A program made the position numbers and the translations under genes. Positions 40,241 to 49,279 of a stretch of DNA of 64,000 nt are shown here, one piece after another (position 1 is the stretch's first letter; each line of letters starts with the position of its first letter). This stretch comes from Clostridia bacterium. GTDB taxonomy: Bacteria > Bacillota > Clostridia > Oscillospirales > SIG627. The stretch spans positions 1,146-65,145 of the forward strand of contig JAFWBD010000047.1 in assembly GCA_017507325.1 (NCBI GenBank), written 5' to 3'. The notes beneath the pieces were generated by a model that made no database searches, was not told the DNA's origin, and saw only the letters and a list, made by a program, of their open reading frames with translations.

Positions 40241-41530
40241 TTACGCTTCGAAATTGCAATCGGTGATTTTGAGATTTTTGCAATTTTCCATCTGGCAAAG
40301 CCCCTTCCACTGAGAAGAAAGCGCCTCGGGAATCACAAATTCCAGGTGATCCAATTCCACATCCTCGGCGCCCTTGCCCCAAATGGCATACCAGCCCTTT
40401 TCATCGGGGGCTCTTTCATCAAGAACATAAAGCGTATCGATGAAATCCACCTTCATATCCCGAATGGAAATATCGGAGATCATTCCCGCGTCATCGGCTA
40501 CCAAATGGGATGAGCACATAGCCTTGGCGCGGATGTTACGGATGCGGATATTACGGATATAGGCACCGTTTTCCTGGAAAAAGCGCAGGGGGAAGGAAAC
40601 CTGATCCGCTACGATGTTTTCCACCAGAATATCGGACATGGATACACCGCCGCGCTTTTTATAGGAGGTGATGAATTCCACCACCGTACCGGCTCTGGCC
40701 ACGGTGAGGCCCGAAATGTTGACGTTGTGCACCTCGCCAACGCCAACGCCCACGCGAACCGCGACGGCAGAGGTGGAAATGACACAGTTGGAAATGGAAA
40801 CGTGCTCACAAACCCTCTTGCCGGACAAAAGGTGGGAGCAGGAAGCACGAACGGTGATGGCGTCGTCCCCCGTGGTGATGATACAGTCGGAAACCGTTAC
40901 AAAACGGCAGGTGTCAATATCGATTCCGTCGGTATTGGCGTGGGTATTGGTATTCCGAATATGAAGCCCGCGCACGCGAACCCGCTCACAGCCGTACAAG
41001 AAAACCGTCCAGCAGGGGGACTCGAAAACAGAAAAATCCGAAAGAAAAACATCTGTGCACTCCACAAAGACCATCAATTGCCCTGCACGAAGAGTTTCCT
41101 TGTTTTTGGCCTTGGCAATGCCGTAGCCCCAGGTATAATTAAAGGATTTACAGCGGTGGGGCTCCTCAAAGAAGGCCTCCCCCGCACCGTCAATGGTGCC
41201 GAGACCGGTAACGGAAACGCCCGTTTTGTGATGGGCAATGATCAAGTGCTTTCCCGTCCACTCCTCCTTGTCGCTACCCCAATTTTCGGGGTAGGCGTCC
41301 GGGGCGTTGTAATCGTCCAGGCAGGCGCTTGCCTTCAAGATTGAGCCTGCTTCCAAATGCAGCTCCACGTGATCCTGAAGAAAAATACTGCCGCTGAGAA
41401 ACACGCCGGCGGGAACCGAAACGCGGCCGCCGCCCGCTTCGGCCACGGCATCCACAGCAGCTTGAATGGCCGCGGTATTCAAATGCTCTCCACCGGGGAC
41501 AGCACCGTAATCCAGAATTGAAACGTTCAT
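40241..41530 (-). CDS. GH28 glycoside hydrolase (polygalacturonase-like right-handed beta-helix), with no signal peptide
   Basis: Contains NTDGIDID and TTGDDAITV motifs. The N-terminus YGAVPGG....NTAAIQAAVDA is typical of GH28. Confidence 0.85.
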   Translation of the reverse strand: MNVSILDYGAVPGGEHLNTAAIQAAVDAVAEAGGGRVSVPAGVFLSGSIFLQDHVELHLEAGSILKASACLDDYNAPDAYPENWGSDKEEWTGKHLIIAHHKTGVSVTGLGTIDGAGEAFFEEPHRCKSFNYTWGYGIAKAKNKETLRAGQLMVFVECTDVFLSDFSVFESPCWTVFLYGCERVRVRGLHIRNTNTHANTDGIDIDTCRFVTVSDCIITTGDDAITVRASCSHLLSGKRVCEHVSISNCVISTSAVAVRVGVGVGEVHNVNISGLTVARAGTVVEFITSYKKRGGVSMSDILVENIVADQVSFPLRFFQENGAYIRNIRIRNIRAKAMCSSHLVADDAGMISDISIRDMKVDFIDTLYVLDERAPDEKGWYAIWGKGAEDVELDHLEFVIPEALSSQWKGLCQMENCKNLKITDCNFEA

Positions 41531-41731
41531 AATGATATGGCTCCTACTTTCATTTTGTTTCTCCTATTGTAGCCTTGAAAATGAGTTTTGTCAAGGTATT
41601 CTGTAAATTCTCCAAGGAAGATTCCATCGGTATCGGGATGGGTCTCTCAACCTTTTTTCCAAGAGGCATATACTACAACAGCAGCCCCTTGGGCTGCCAT
41701 TTTGAGAACGATACCAAAAAAGGAGATCCAT

Positions 41732-42586
41732 ATGGCCATTTTTACCAACCAGGCTACCTTGACCTACAACAACGTCACCACCAATTCCAACGTAGCAACG
41801 GGAGAGCTTCTGGAGGTCCTTTCGGCAACGAAAACCGCCGTTACGCCCAGCTATACACCCGGCTCCGATATCACCTACGTGATCAGCATTCTCAATTCGG
41901 GAGGAACCGCACTCTCGGGAATCAATATCAGCGATGATCTGGGCGCTTTCCCCTTTGGGGCGCAAAACCTTTCCCCCTTGGTCTACCAAGCGGGCTCGGT
42001 GCGTCTTTTCATCAATGGGATCCTGCAGAGCACTCCCACGGTAACGGGAGAAAATCCTCTGACCGTAACGGGCATTTCCATTCCCGCGGGCGGTAACGCC
42101 ATTTTATTGTATGAGGCTGTTGCCACGGAATTTGCTCCCTTGGACATCGGCGCACAGCTCATCAATACCGCCACCGTAAGCTTTGGCGGGACAGCCGCTC
42201 CCGTTCAAGCCACCGCCTCGGTGTCCCCCGCTTCCGCACCCAATCTGACCATTACCAAAACCATTTCCCCTGCGGTGGTAACGGAAAACAGCCGTGTGAC
42301 CTATACCTTCATCATTCAGAATTTCGGAAACACCGCCGCTCTCGGAACCGATAACGTTGCGGTGACCGACACCTTCCTTCCCATCCTCTCCGATCTGACC
42401 GTTCAGCTGGACGGTGCCGCCCTGACCGCAGGAAGCACTTACAGCTATAACCAAAGCACGGGCCTTTTTGCTACGGTGCCCGGGGTCATTACCGTTCCTG
42501 CGGCAAGTTTCACCCAAAACAGCACCACGGGGGCTTGGGAAATCACTCCCGGTGCAGCCACCCTAACCGTAACGGGAACCATCTGA
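41732..42586 (+). CDS. DUF11 / 'conserved repeat domain' protein (two repeats, 284 aa), with no signal peptide
   Basis: The protein starts MAIFTNQATLTYNNV... Repeat hallmarks are TKTAVTPSYTPGSDITYVISILNSGGTA and TITKTISPAVVTENSRVTYTFIIQNFGNTA. The ATG at 41732 follows AAAGGAGA. Confidence 0.8.
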   Translation: MAIFTNQATLTYNNVTTNSNVATGELLEVLSATKTAVTPSYTPGSDITYVISILNSGGTALSGINISDDLGAFPFGAQNLSPLVYQAGSVRLFINGILQSTPTVTGENPLTVTGISIPAGGNAILLYEAVATEFAPLDIGAQLINTATVSFGGTAAPVQATASVSPASAPNLTITKTISPAVVTENSRVTYTFIIQNFGNTAALGTDNVAVTDTFLPILSDLTVQLDGAALTAGSTYSYNQSTGLFATVPGVITVPAASFTQNSTTGAWEITPGAATLTVTGTI

Positions 42587-42613
42587 TTCCGATCCGAAAG
42601 CAGCTTTTCCCTC

Positions 42614-42664
42614 AAAAAAGGGGCTGTAAAAAACGATTCGTTTTTTACAGCCCCTCTTGTTTTC
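42614..42664. terminator. Bidirectional terminator (DUF11 gene + / vanZ operon -)
   Basis: A 15-bp perfect stem, 42620-42634 pairing with 42640-42654. A6 lies upstream and a T-rich tail downstream. Confidence 0.75.
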
Positions 42665-42689
42665 CCAAAAGCATCGGAGAGCACTCGGC

Positions 42690-43178
42690 TCAAGCTTTTT
42701 CCCGTATTCTGTTTTGCCGTCTCCCGTACAAAAGAAGGAAAACGTATCCTGCGCCATACCCGATATAGCAGGCCGCCAAATCCACAATGGAATCGGTCAG
42801 CGAGGGACTGCGCCCCACCCCGAGGGTCTGCAGATGCTCATCCGCCAAGGCAACAAAGGCACAGCAGTAAAAGATGCGATAAAAGGCATCCTTCCGATTT
42901 TCACCGTAAGGAAGTAAAACCGCCACAGTGAACAGCGCGGAAAAAAGACAGTATTCCAAAACGTGCCCGATCTTGGCAAACATCACCCGATGAGCCGCCT
43001 CAAAGACGATATCCCTGCCCGTAAGCCATTCCAGAACCGTCTCCACCGCCTTCATCACCCGTCCCTTTCTCTGCCCCACCAGAAAATCGGATTGGAGAGA
43101 ATTGGAGAAGATGAAAAGGAGCGCCAGCACCGTCAAAACGGAAAGGATCTTCCACAGCAAGCGTTTTCGTTTACTCAC
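42690..43178 (-). CDS. VanZ-family membrane protein
   Basis: 162-aa ORF with 4 TM helices and a VanZ-like pattern (H..EY..F..L ... DE.LQ...GR). It overlaps the trmL stop by 8 nt. Confidence 0.7.
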   Translation of the reverse strand: MSKRKRLLWKILSVLTVLALLFIFSNSLQSDFLVGQRKGRVMKAVETVLEWLTGRDIVFEAAHRVMFAKIGHVLEYCLFSALFTVAVLLPYGENRKDAFYRIFYCCAFVALADEHLQTLGVGRSPSLTDSIVDLAACYIGYGAGYVFLLLYGRRQNRIREKA

Positions 43179-43677
43179 CTTTTTCCTCCGTCAGATGTCC
43201 CTCCAAGGCAAAGCCCTCAAAATTCCATTGACGGAGCACCTCGTAGACCCCGATGGCAACGGAATTGGAAAGATTCAAGCTCCGTATGTGGGAAAGCATC
43301 GGCAAGCGAAGGGCCGTGGACAAATTCTCGCGGATCAGATCCTCGGGAAGTCCCTTGGTCTCTTTTCCGAAAAACAGATAGACCTCCCCCTCAAAGGAAG
43401 CCTCGCTGTAATTCTTTTTCGCCTTGGTGGAAAAATAATAGAAATGCCCCCGATTCTTTTGAAAAAAATCCTCCAGATTCGGGTAAATCCTCAAATCGAG
43501 ATATTGCCAATAATCCAGCCCCGCCCGCTTCAGATAACGGTCGCTGATCTCAAAGCCCAGGGGCTCGATCAGATGCAAAACTGCGCCGGTGGCGGCGCAG
43601 GTTCTTGCAATGTTTCCGGTGTTCTGAGGAATCTCAGGCTCAACCAGAACAATATTCAGTTTTCTCTTTTCAGGCAT
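43171..43677 (-). CDS. trmL: tRNA (cytidine/uridine-34 2'-O)-methyltransferase, SpoU/TrmL type
   Basis: LNIVLVEPEIPQNTGNIARTCAATG ... SLNLSNSVAIGVYE. The ATG at 43677 lies internal to the longer track ORF. Confidence 0.85.
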   Translation of the reverse strand: MPEKRKLNIVLVEPEIPQNTGNIARTCAATGAVLHLIEPLGFEISDRYLKRAGLDYWQYLDLRIYPNLEDFFQKNRGHFYYFSTKAKKNYSEASFEGEVYLFFGKETKGLPEDLIRENLSTALRLPMLSHIRSLNLSNSVAIGVYEVLRQWNFEGFALEGHLTEEKGE

Positions 43678-43894
43678 GGCTTGCAATGTAATCGCAAAGA
43701 TCCTGAACGGTGATGATGGAATGGATATCGTCCTCTTCGATCTCGGAGCCGAATTTCTCCTCACAGAGAACGATAAAATCCGCAATTTCCAAGGAATTCA
43801 ATTTCAGATCGTTGACAAATTCAGCCTCGGGGGTGATAAGCGCAGGGTCCACTTCCAATTCTTCGGTCAAAATTTTCTTCAATTCTTCAAACAT
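43670..43894 (-). CDS. Stand-alone acyl carrier protein (74 aa)
   Basis: A four-helix ACP pattern with a phosphopantetheine Ser in DLKLNSLEIADFI. AGGAGA lies upstream. Confidence 0.8.
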   Translation of the reverse strand: MFEELKKILTEELEVDPALITPEAEFVNDLKLNSLEIADFIVLCEEKFGSEIEEDDIHSIITVQDLCDYIASHA

Positions 43895-43905
43895 TGTTTT
43901 TTCTC

Positions 43906-45630
43906 CTATTGAATGGCATATCGAATAATTTTTTTGGATGTATTCTTTTCAAATTCCGTGCGTCGCATCTCGATGCCGCGGATTTGTTTGAAAGACGGAA
44001 GGGTTCGGTTCAATTCGGCGATCTTTTCCTTGATCACGTTGCCCACCTCGCTTAAGTCCTCGCCGTAGCCCAATTCAGAGGCGCGGGCAAGATCGGGGAA
44101 AATCAGCGCCGTGACGGAAACGGTACCGTCCTGTGCGGTTCTGCCCACCACCACGCATTCCTTGATGATCTCGATCTTACCGAGATACTCCTCGATCTCC
44201 TCGGGGAAAACGTTTTTGCCGTTATTCAAAACGATCACGTTCTTCTTTCGGCCGGTGATATAAATGAAGCCGTCCTCATCCAGATAACCGTAATCTCCGG
44301 TGCGGAACCAAGCCCCCTGCAGGACCTCGTCGGTGGCCTCGGGATTTTCGTAATACCCCTTCATCACGCTGGGACCGCTGACCACGATCTCACCGATCAT
44401 TCTGCCGTCCTCCTCGTATTCCTCATCGATCTTCACCGTAAGGCCGGGAATGGCAGGGCCGACAGAGCCTGCGCGGTTATCCTTTTCGGGGCAAACGCTG
44501 ATCAGGGGAGCGCACTCGGTGATCCCGTAGCCTTGACAAAGCTTGATCCCGAAGGCCTCAAACTCCGCCACCAGATCGGCGGGCATAGGGGCACCGCCGC
44601 AAATGATTCTCTTGAGTCTGCCGCCGAACACGTCCCGCACGCTCTTGAACAGAAGCTTTCTCGGATCGATGTGTACCTTTCTGAGGGCACCCGACACAGC
44701 CATACTGCCCCGAAGCAGCTTTTCCTTGCCGCCCTTTCTGGCAGTTTCCCAGATCCTTTTGTATACAGTGGTGACAAAAAGCGGAACCAAAACCAGCCCC
44801 GTGGGACGGAAGAGCTGGAAATTGCGAACGATGTGCTTGAGCGAATCGTTGATGCAAACCGTAGCACCGATACAAAGGGGCGTTAAGATCCCACAGGTCA
44901 TTTCATAGGTATGATGAATGGGGAGAACGGAAACGACCACGTCGTCCTCCTCAAAGCCCGTGGAGGCATAAGAGCCGTTGACCGCGTGGATCAGATTTTT
45001 CTGACACAGCATCACACCCTTGGAAGAGCCCATGGTGCCCGAGGTGAACAAAACGGCGCAGACCTTTTCCAGGTCCACGGGAACGCCCGCATACCGATCG
45101 GAGCCCTCCTCCACCAGCTTGCGGCCGAAATTCAAAACGTCCAAAAAATCTGCCTCCCCCTTTTCGGGACGGCAAGGCTCCGAGCACTCCTTCTTTTCGG
45201 GAGAAACGGAGATAAAATAATCCACGGTGGGAAATTCTTCTTTATTCTCGAAATAAGTTCCAAACTTGTGGGAATAGACCACAAAACGGCATCCCACCTT
45301 GCGAATAAATCCGCAAACGGCCTCGGCACTCAATTCCTTATCCAGCGGAACGATCACGCCGCCGCTGATCACCGTGGCAAGATAGGTGATGATCCATTCG
45401 GGAGAGGTCTCACCGATCACCGCAACGGGTGCCCCCTCCAGCCCCAATTCCAAAAAGGCCTCGCTCAGTGCGCGAACCCTCTCCTCAAAGCCGGAAAAGG
45501 TGACAGACTCCAATTCGCCGCATCGTTTATAAACCAAATAGTCTTTTTCGGGAACACGGGCGGCTGTACGGGACAGCATACTGCGAAGGTCATAAGCCGG
45601 CTCCCTTTGCTTTTTTTCATAATATCTCAT
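43906..45630 (-). CDS. AMP-dependent acyl-CoA/acyl-ACP ligase (long-chain fatty-acid ligase-like)
   Basis: Contains the AMP-binding motif LFTSGTMGSSKGVML, then YGITE and TGDYGYLDEDGFIYITGRKK. Confidence 0.85.
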   Translation of the reverse strand: MRYYEKKQREPAYDLRSMLSRTAARVPEKDYLVYKRCGELESVTFSGFEERVRALSEAFLELGLEGAPVAVIGETSPEWIITYLATVISGGVIVPLDKELSAEAVCGFIRKVGCRFVVYSHKFGTYFENKEEFPTVDYFISVSPEKKECSEPCRPEKGEADFLDVLNFGRKLVEEGSDRYAGVPVDLEKVCAVLFTSGTMGSSKGVMLCQKNLIHAVNGSYASTGFEEDDVVVSVLPIHHTYEMTCGILTPLCIGATVCINDSLKHIVRNFQLFRPTGLVLVPLFVTTVYKRIWETARKGGKEKLLRGSMAVSGALRKVHIDPRKLLFKSVRDVFGGRLKRIICGGAPMPADLVAEFEAFGIKLCQGYGITECAPLISVCPEKDNRAGSVGPAIPGLTVKIDEEYEEDGRMIGEIVVSGPSVMKGYYENPEATDEVLQGAWFRTGDYGYLDEDGFIYITGRKKNVIVLNNGKNVFPEEIEEYLGKIEIIKECVVVGRTAQDGTVSVTALIFPDLARASELGYGEDLSEVGNVIKEKIAELNRTLPSFKQIRGIEMRRTEFEKNTSKKIIRYAIQ

Positions 45631-45748
45631 ATCGAATCCTTACTTTTCCCTAAAGGAAATACAAAATTCTCACGTTCAGACAAATAAAAAACACCGAAAT
45701 GCCTATCGATTATACTCCACAATACGCGATTTGTCAACCGCAACTCTT

Positions 45749-46306
45749 TTACAGCTCTCCCACCTCGGCTCTTTCAATGAGCTTTACCGTATCCGCGCGG
45801 AAGCTTTCCACGTCTCCGAGATTCATCAAAAACAGATCCGCCATGGCAATGGGACCGCCCTTTTCCATATTTTCGATCTCGGCAATATCACGGCTTTCCG
45901 CCTCCTTCGGGGTCAAGGGACGGATCACCCTTTGGGAAATTCTCTCGTAGCGCTTCTTCCGCTCGGTGATGATGGCAACCACCGTCAAGCGATCACCGAA
46001 TTCCTCCCGCAGAACCTTCAATTCCGACCAGGAATACAGCCCATCCAGACAAACGGGCTTTTTTTCCGCCTTTTCTCGGATCTCTTCCTTTAAAAGGATG
46101 GCAAAGGCCGCAGGACCCAAATTTCTCCTCAATTCCTCCCGAACGGCTCTTTCGTTGACCTCGTTTCTCTCAAGCCCGCGCTTTTCCAATTCCTTCATGG
46201 TCACGCCGCCGAAATATACGTATTCCCATCCGCGGGCACGAAACTCCTCACAGCAAACGCTTTTTCCGCTGCCGCACATTCCCACCAACGCAATCACTTG
46301 ATTCAT
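45749..46306 (-). CDS. P-loop nucleotide/nucleoside-kinase-like protein (185 aa)
   Basis: The Walker A motif VGMCGSGKS lies at the N-terminus. Size and layout resemble small NMP / dephospho-CoA-kinase-like proteins. Confidence 0.65.
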   Translation of the reverse strand: MNQVIALVGMCGSGKSVCCEEFRARGWEYVYFGGVTMKELEKRGLERNEVNERAVREELRRNLGPAAFAILLKEEIREKAEKKPVCLDGLYSWSELKVLREEFGDRLTVVAIITERKKRYERISQRVIRPLTPKEAESRDIAEIENMEKGGPIAMADLFLMNLGDVESFRADTVKLIERAEVGEL

Positions 46307-46412
46307 TTTACAAAATTCCTTTCATAATTTATGATCCTTACGGTCTATTCTACCTCTTTTCTCGGAAAAAAACAAGGTTTCCGTAAAAAAAAGCGAAGTA
46401 TTCATCTTTTTA

Positions 46413-46441
46413 TTGACATTTGGCCCATTTTCATATAAAAT
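46413..46441 (+). promoter_or_regulatory. Candidate promoter of nth
   Basis: TTGACA (46413-46418), a 17-nt spacer, then TAAAAT (46436-46441). The track ORF's start codon is the TTG of this -35 box. Confidence 0.5.
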
Positions 46442-46478
46442 TATAAAGAGTATATTTTTCAAAAAAGAGGGTACGGTT

Positions 46479-47141
46479 TTGGAGAAAGCATTTTGTCCTC
46501 GGCTCTCCCTTTTCTCCGCAAAAAAAGGGGAGCGAGCCGCAGAAATCAACCGCATTTTAAAGCTGCTGTATCCCCATGCCGAATGTGCCTTAAATTTTCG
46601 GGGAGATCCCTTCCGTCTTTTGGTGATGGCAAGGCTCTCCGCACAATGCACCGATCAGCGCGTGAACGAGGTTTCCGAGAAGCTTTTCGTGCTTTTTCCC
46701 GACGTTTACGCCTTTGCCGAGGCCGATCTTTCCCGTTTGGAGGAGGCGGTGCGCCCTTGCGGTCTTTTTCGAACCAAGGCCCATCAGATCCGCGAAATGA
46801 GCCGTGTGCTTCTATCGGAGCACGGCGGCAAGGTCCCTGCGGAGAAGGACGCTCTTTTAAAGCTACCCGGCGTGGGGGAAAAGATCGCCAATCTGATGAT
46901 GGGTGACGTGTTCGGCGATCCTCAGATCGTGGCGGATACCCACTGTATTCGTTTGGCCGCGCGCTTTCGCCTGACAGACAGTCAGAATCCCCGCATCGTG
47001 ACGCGGGATCTTGAAAAAATCATTCCCAAAGAGGATCAATCGGATTTTTGCCACCGAATCATTTTATTGGGCAGAGAATACTGCAAGGCGCAAAGGCCTC
47101 TCTGTGACAGATGCCCGCTGAAGAAGCGGCCGACCGAATAG
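46479..47141 (+). CDS. nth: Endonuclease III (HhH-GPD DNA glycosylase)
   Basis: Contains the catalytic Lys context GLFRTKAHQI, the HhH LPGVGEKIANLMM, and VADTH. The C-terminus reads CKAQRPLCDRCPL. The start is set at the TTG at 46479, 7 nt after AAGAGGG, because 46413-46441 looks like the promoter. Confidence 0.8.
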   Translation: MEKAFCPRLSLFSAKKGERAAEINRILKLLYPHAECALNFRGDPFRLLVMARLSAQCTDQRVNEVSEKLFVLFPDVYAFAEADLSRLEEAVRPCGLFRTKAHQIREMSRVLLSEHGGKVPAEKDALLKLPGVGEKIANLMMGDVFGDPQIVADTHCIRLAARFRLTDSQNPRIVTRDLEKIIPKEDQSDFCHRIILLGREYCKAQRPLCDRCPLKKRPTE

Positions 47142-47220
47142 CCCCGCATTTTTTTGAAACGGTGTTTTCGGCGGACTTTTTCCCTTGATCGAGATTGAAA
47201 GCGAGAGAATACGAAGCGAT

Positions 47221-49152
47221 ATGAATAAAACCTGGAAAATTTTAGTATTGGCTTGGCTGATTCTGCTGGCAGCGCTGTTTTTGGTGCTGATCTTTGCCGT
47301 TTTTTCCGACGACGAGCCCCAAGTTCAAACCCATGAAGCAGAGCAGACCACGGAGGATTTCCATCCGATCAAGACAGAGCCTGGCCGCACCCAAGAAGAA
47401 ACCTCCCCCTCCACCGAGCCCTACGAGAAGGATGATTATTACGTGGAGATCGGCAACCCCTCCGCCCGTTTTCCCAGCCTGAAGGACGCCTTTCGGAGCA
47501 TTGAGGGCAGGGTTTGGTCCAAAACGGACGTGGTGAAGATCTATTTGACGGGCACCGTTAAAACCGATGAAGCGGAAACCGTTCTCTTCGGGCAAAAGAC
47601 CATCTGGACCACCGCTCAAACCAAGCTTCCTATTATTATAGAGGGCTACGGCAGTGCCGAGATCCGCATTGGGTCTGCTCGCGTGGCCTGTGCCAACGAT
47701 TATACCTTCCGCAAGATGGACATTCTTTTGGGCGATAAGGATTCCCAAACGCAGTTTTTCGCAGGAGTGGGCGACGTATCCTTTGAGCACGTTACCCTGA
47801 ATCGGATCAAAACCGGCGGGGATATGACCGCTCATTTTTACGCCGACAACTTCACCCTGGACGTGTTTGAGGGCTGGAACCGTGCCCGTATGGAGGTTTT
47901 GAAGAATCGGGATGGGGACCGAAAGCTCTCCTCCTCGCTGACCTTCGGCATCGGTACCCGCTACGTTCACGTCAGCAGTCACGATACCGCCCCCGCCTTG
48001 AGCGCCGTGGGCTTTGACGGTGAGGCCTTTGAGGGAGATCCCCTTTCCTTTGCCGTTTCGGCTTCTCCCGCCGATTTCAAGACGAAATTTGTCGTTTCCG
48101 GCGGCACCACCTCCCGTATCGGTGCCAGAGTGGGACTCGCTCCCGTCAGTGAAGCCACGGTGGAGCTGAAAAGCGGAACGGCAGACAGCATCGTGGGAGA
48201 CAGCCATACCGATGATCCCGAGACACCCGAGGTTTACGTGGGCAACACCGTTTTGCGTGTCAGCGGCGGCTCGGTTCCGGGCAGCGCGGGCATCCGCGGT
48301 CTTTGCTATGCCACCCAAAAGGGTGATCTGACCATTGAGATCTCCGGCATTCATTACGGTTTCAACCCCACCCGCATTTCCTCCGTGGAGGGAACGCTGT
48401 TTGCCTACGTGGAGGGAACGGCCACCTTAAACATTTCCGGCGGTATCATCGAACGAAAGGCCTGCGGCGGTGCGGCAAAGCGAACCGTTAATCTCATTTC
48501 GGGCGGCATCATCGGCGGTGATTTCTTTGCCCTGGGATCCGGCTCCTCCGAGATCGTTACCACCACCGTAGTGGGCGGCACCTTTGAAGGCGTTGTTTGG
48601 GCAGGGCAAATCTCCCATACGCCCGACTCTGCCGAAATCGGCGGAGGAAATCTCCCCCCCGTTTGCAATCTTCTGATCCAAGGCGGCACCTTCCGCAAGG
48701 ATATCATTGCGGGATCGGAGGATCCCGAGGGACCCAAGGCCACGGTAACGGTGCACGCCACCGTCGCCGATATCACCTTTTACGGTACCCTTTCTCCCCG
48801 CAAGGCCCCCGCGGGAAGCGGCGTTGCCCCGCAGGATGGCCCAATCATTCTGAAGGGCGGCAGCTATTCCCTTCTTTTGACGCAGAACACCACGCTGATC
48901 TTTTCTCAGTATAACGGAAGCGGCCAAAACGTGGTCCAGACCCAGGCCTGGAAAAACGGCAATCTTTATCTGCAGATCCCCGAATCCTCCGATTACAGAA
49001 GGATTTATCTGTCCAATGTCGAGGGCATTTCGGGCTCCGCCGCCGTCTCTCTCACAGACGGCACCTACCGCTGGATCTATCGGAGGAACGAAGCGCCTCC
49101 CGCGACCCCCGATACCTCCGATACGGAAAATCCCCCCGCCGTTACCCCGTAA
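47221..49152 (+). CDS. Hypothetical N-terminally membrane-anchored protein (643 aa) with periodic hydrophobic-x-GG-x repeats (beta-solenoid-like)
   Basis: The TM helix reads MNKTWKILVLAWLILLAALFLVLIFAVF and is followed by an acidic/Pro linker. Repeats include VVSGGTTSRIGA, RVSGGSVPG, NISGGIIERKACGG, LISGGIIGGDFF, TVVGGTFEGVVW, LIQGGTFRKDII and ILKGGSYSLL. An alternative TTG start lies at 47185. Confidence 0.7.
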   Translation: MNKTWKILVLAWLILLAALFLVLIFAVFSDDEPQVQTHEAEQTTEDFHPIKTEPGRTQEETSPSTEPYEKDDYYVEIGNPSARFPSLKDAFRSIEGRVWSKTDVVKIYLTGTVKTDEAETVLFGQKTIWTTAQTKLPIIIEGYGSAEIRIGSARVACANDYTFRKMDILLGDKDSQTQFFAGVGDVSFEHVTLNRIKTGGDMTAHFYADNFTLDVFEGWNRARMEVLKNRDGDRKLSSSLTFGIGTRYVHVSSHDTAPALSAVGFDGEAFEGDPLSFAVSASPADFKTKFVVSGGTTSRIGARVGLAPVSEATVELKSGTADSIVGDSHTDDPETPEVYVGNTVLRVSGGSVPGSAGIRGLCYATQKGDLTIEISGIHYGFNPTRISSVEGTLFAYVEGTATLNISGGIIERKACGGAAKRTVNLISGGIIGGDFFALGSGSSEIVTTTVVGGTFEGVVWAGQISHTPDSAEIGGGNLPPVCNLLIQGGTFRKDIIAGSEDPEGPKATVTVHATVADITFYGTLSPRKAPAGSGVAPQDGPIILKGGSYSLLLTQNTTLIFSQYNGSGQNVVQTQAWKNGNLYLQIPESSDYRRIYLSNVEGISGSAAVSLTDGTYRWIYRRNEAPPATPDTSDTENPPAVTP

Positions 49153-49279
49153 GCTCCCCTTTTCACGGCATCTGCACCGAGAAGGCCTCGGCTTTCAAGG
49201 TGAGTTGTATACATTTTTTGACCTTATGATGATTTCAAATCAAGCATCAAAAAAAACAAACACGAAAGGAACTACCCCC

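Noticed and set aside
47142-47220. A possible terminator or promoter between nth and the GG-repeat gene.
   Set aside because: There is a T7 run at 47149-47155 but no convincing preceding stem. The only promoter-like hexamers (TTGATC ... AATACG) are weak. It stays unresolved whether the 47.2-56.9 kb locus is read through from nth or has its own promoter.
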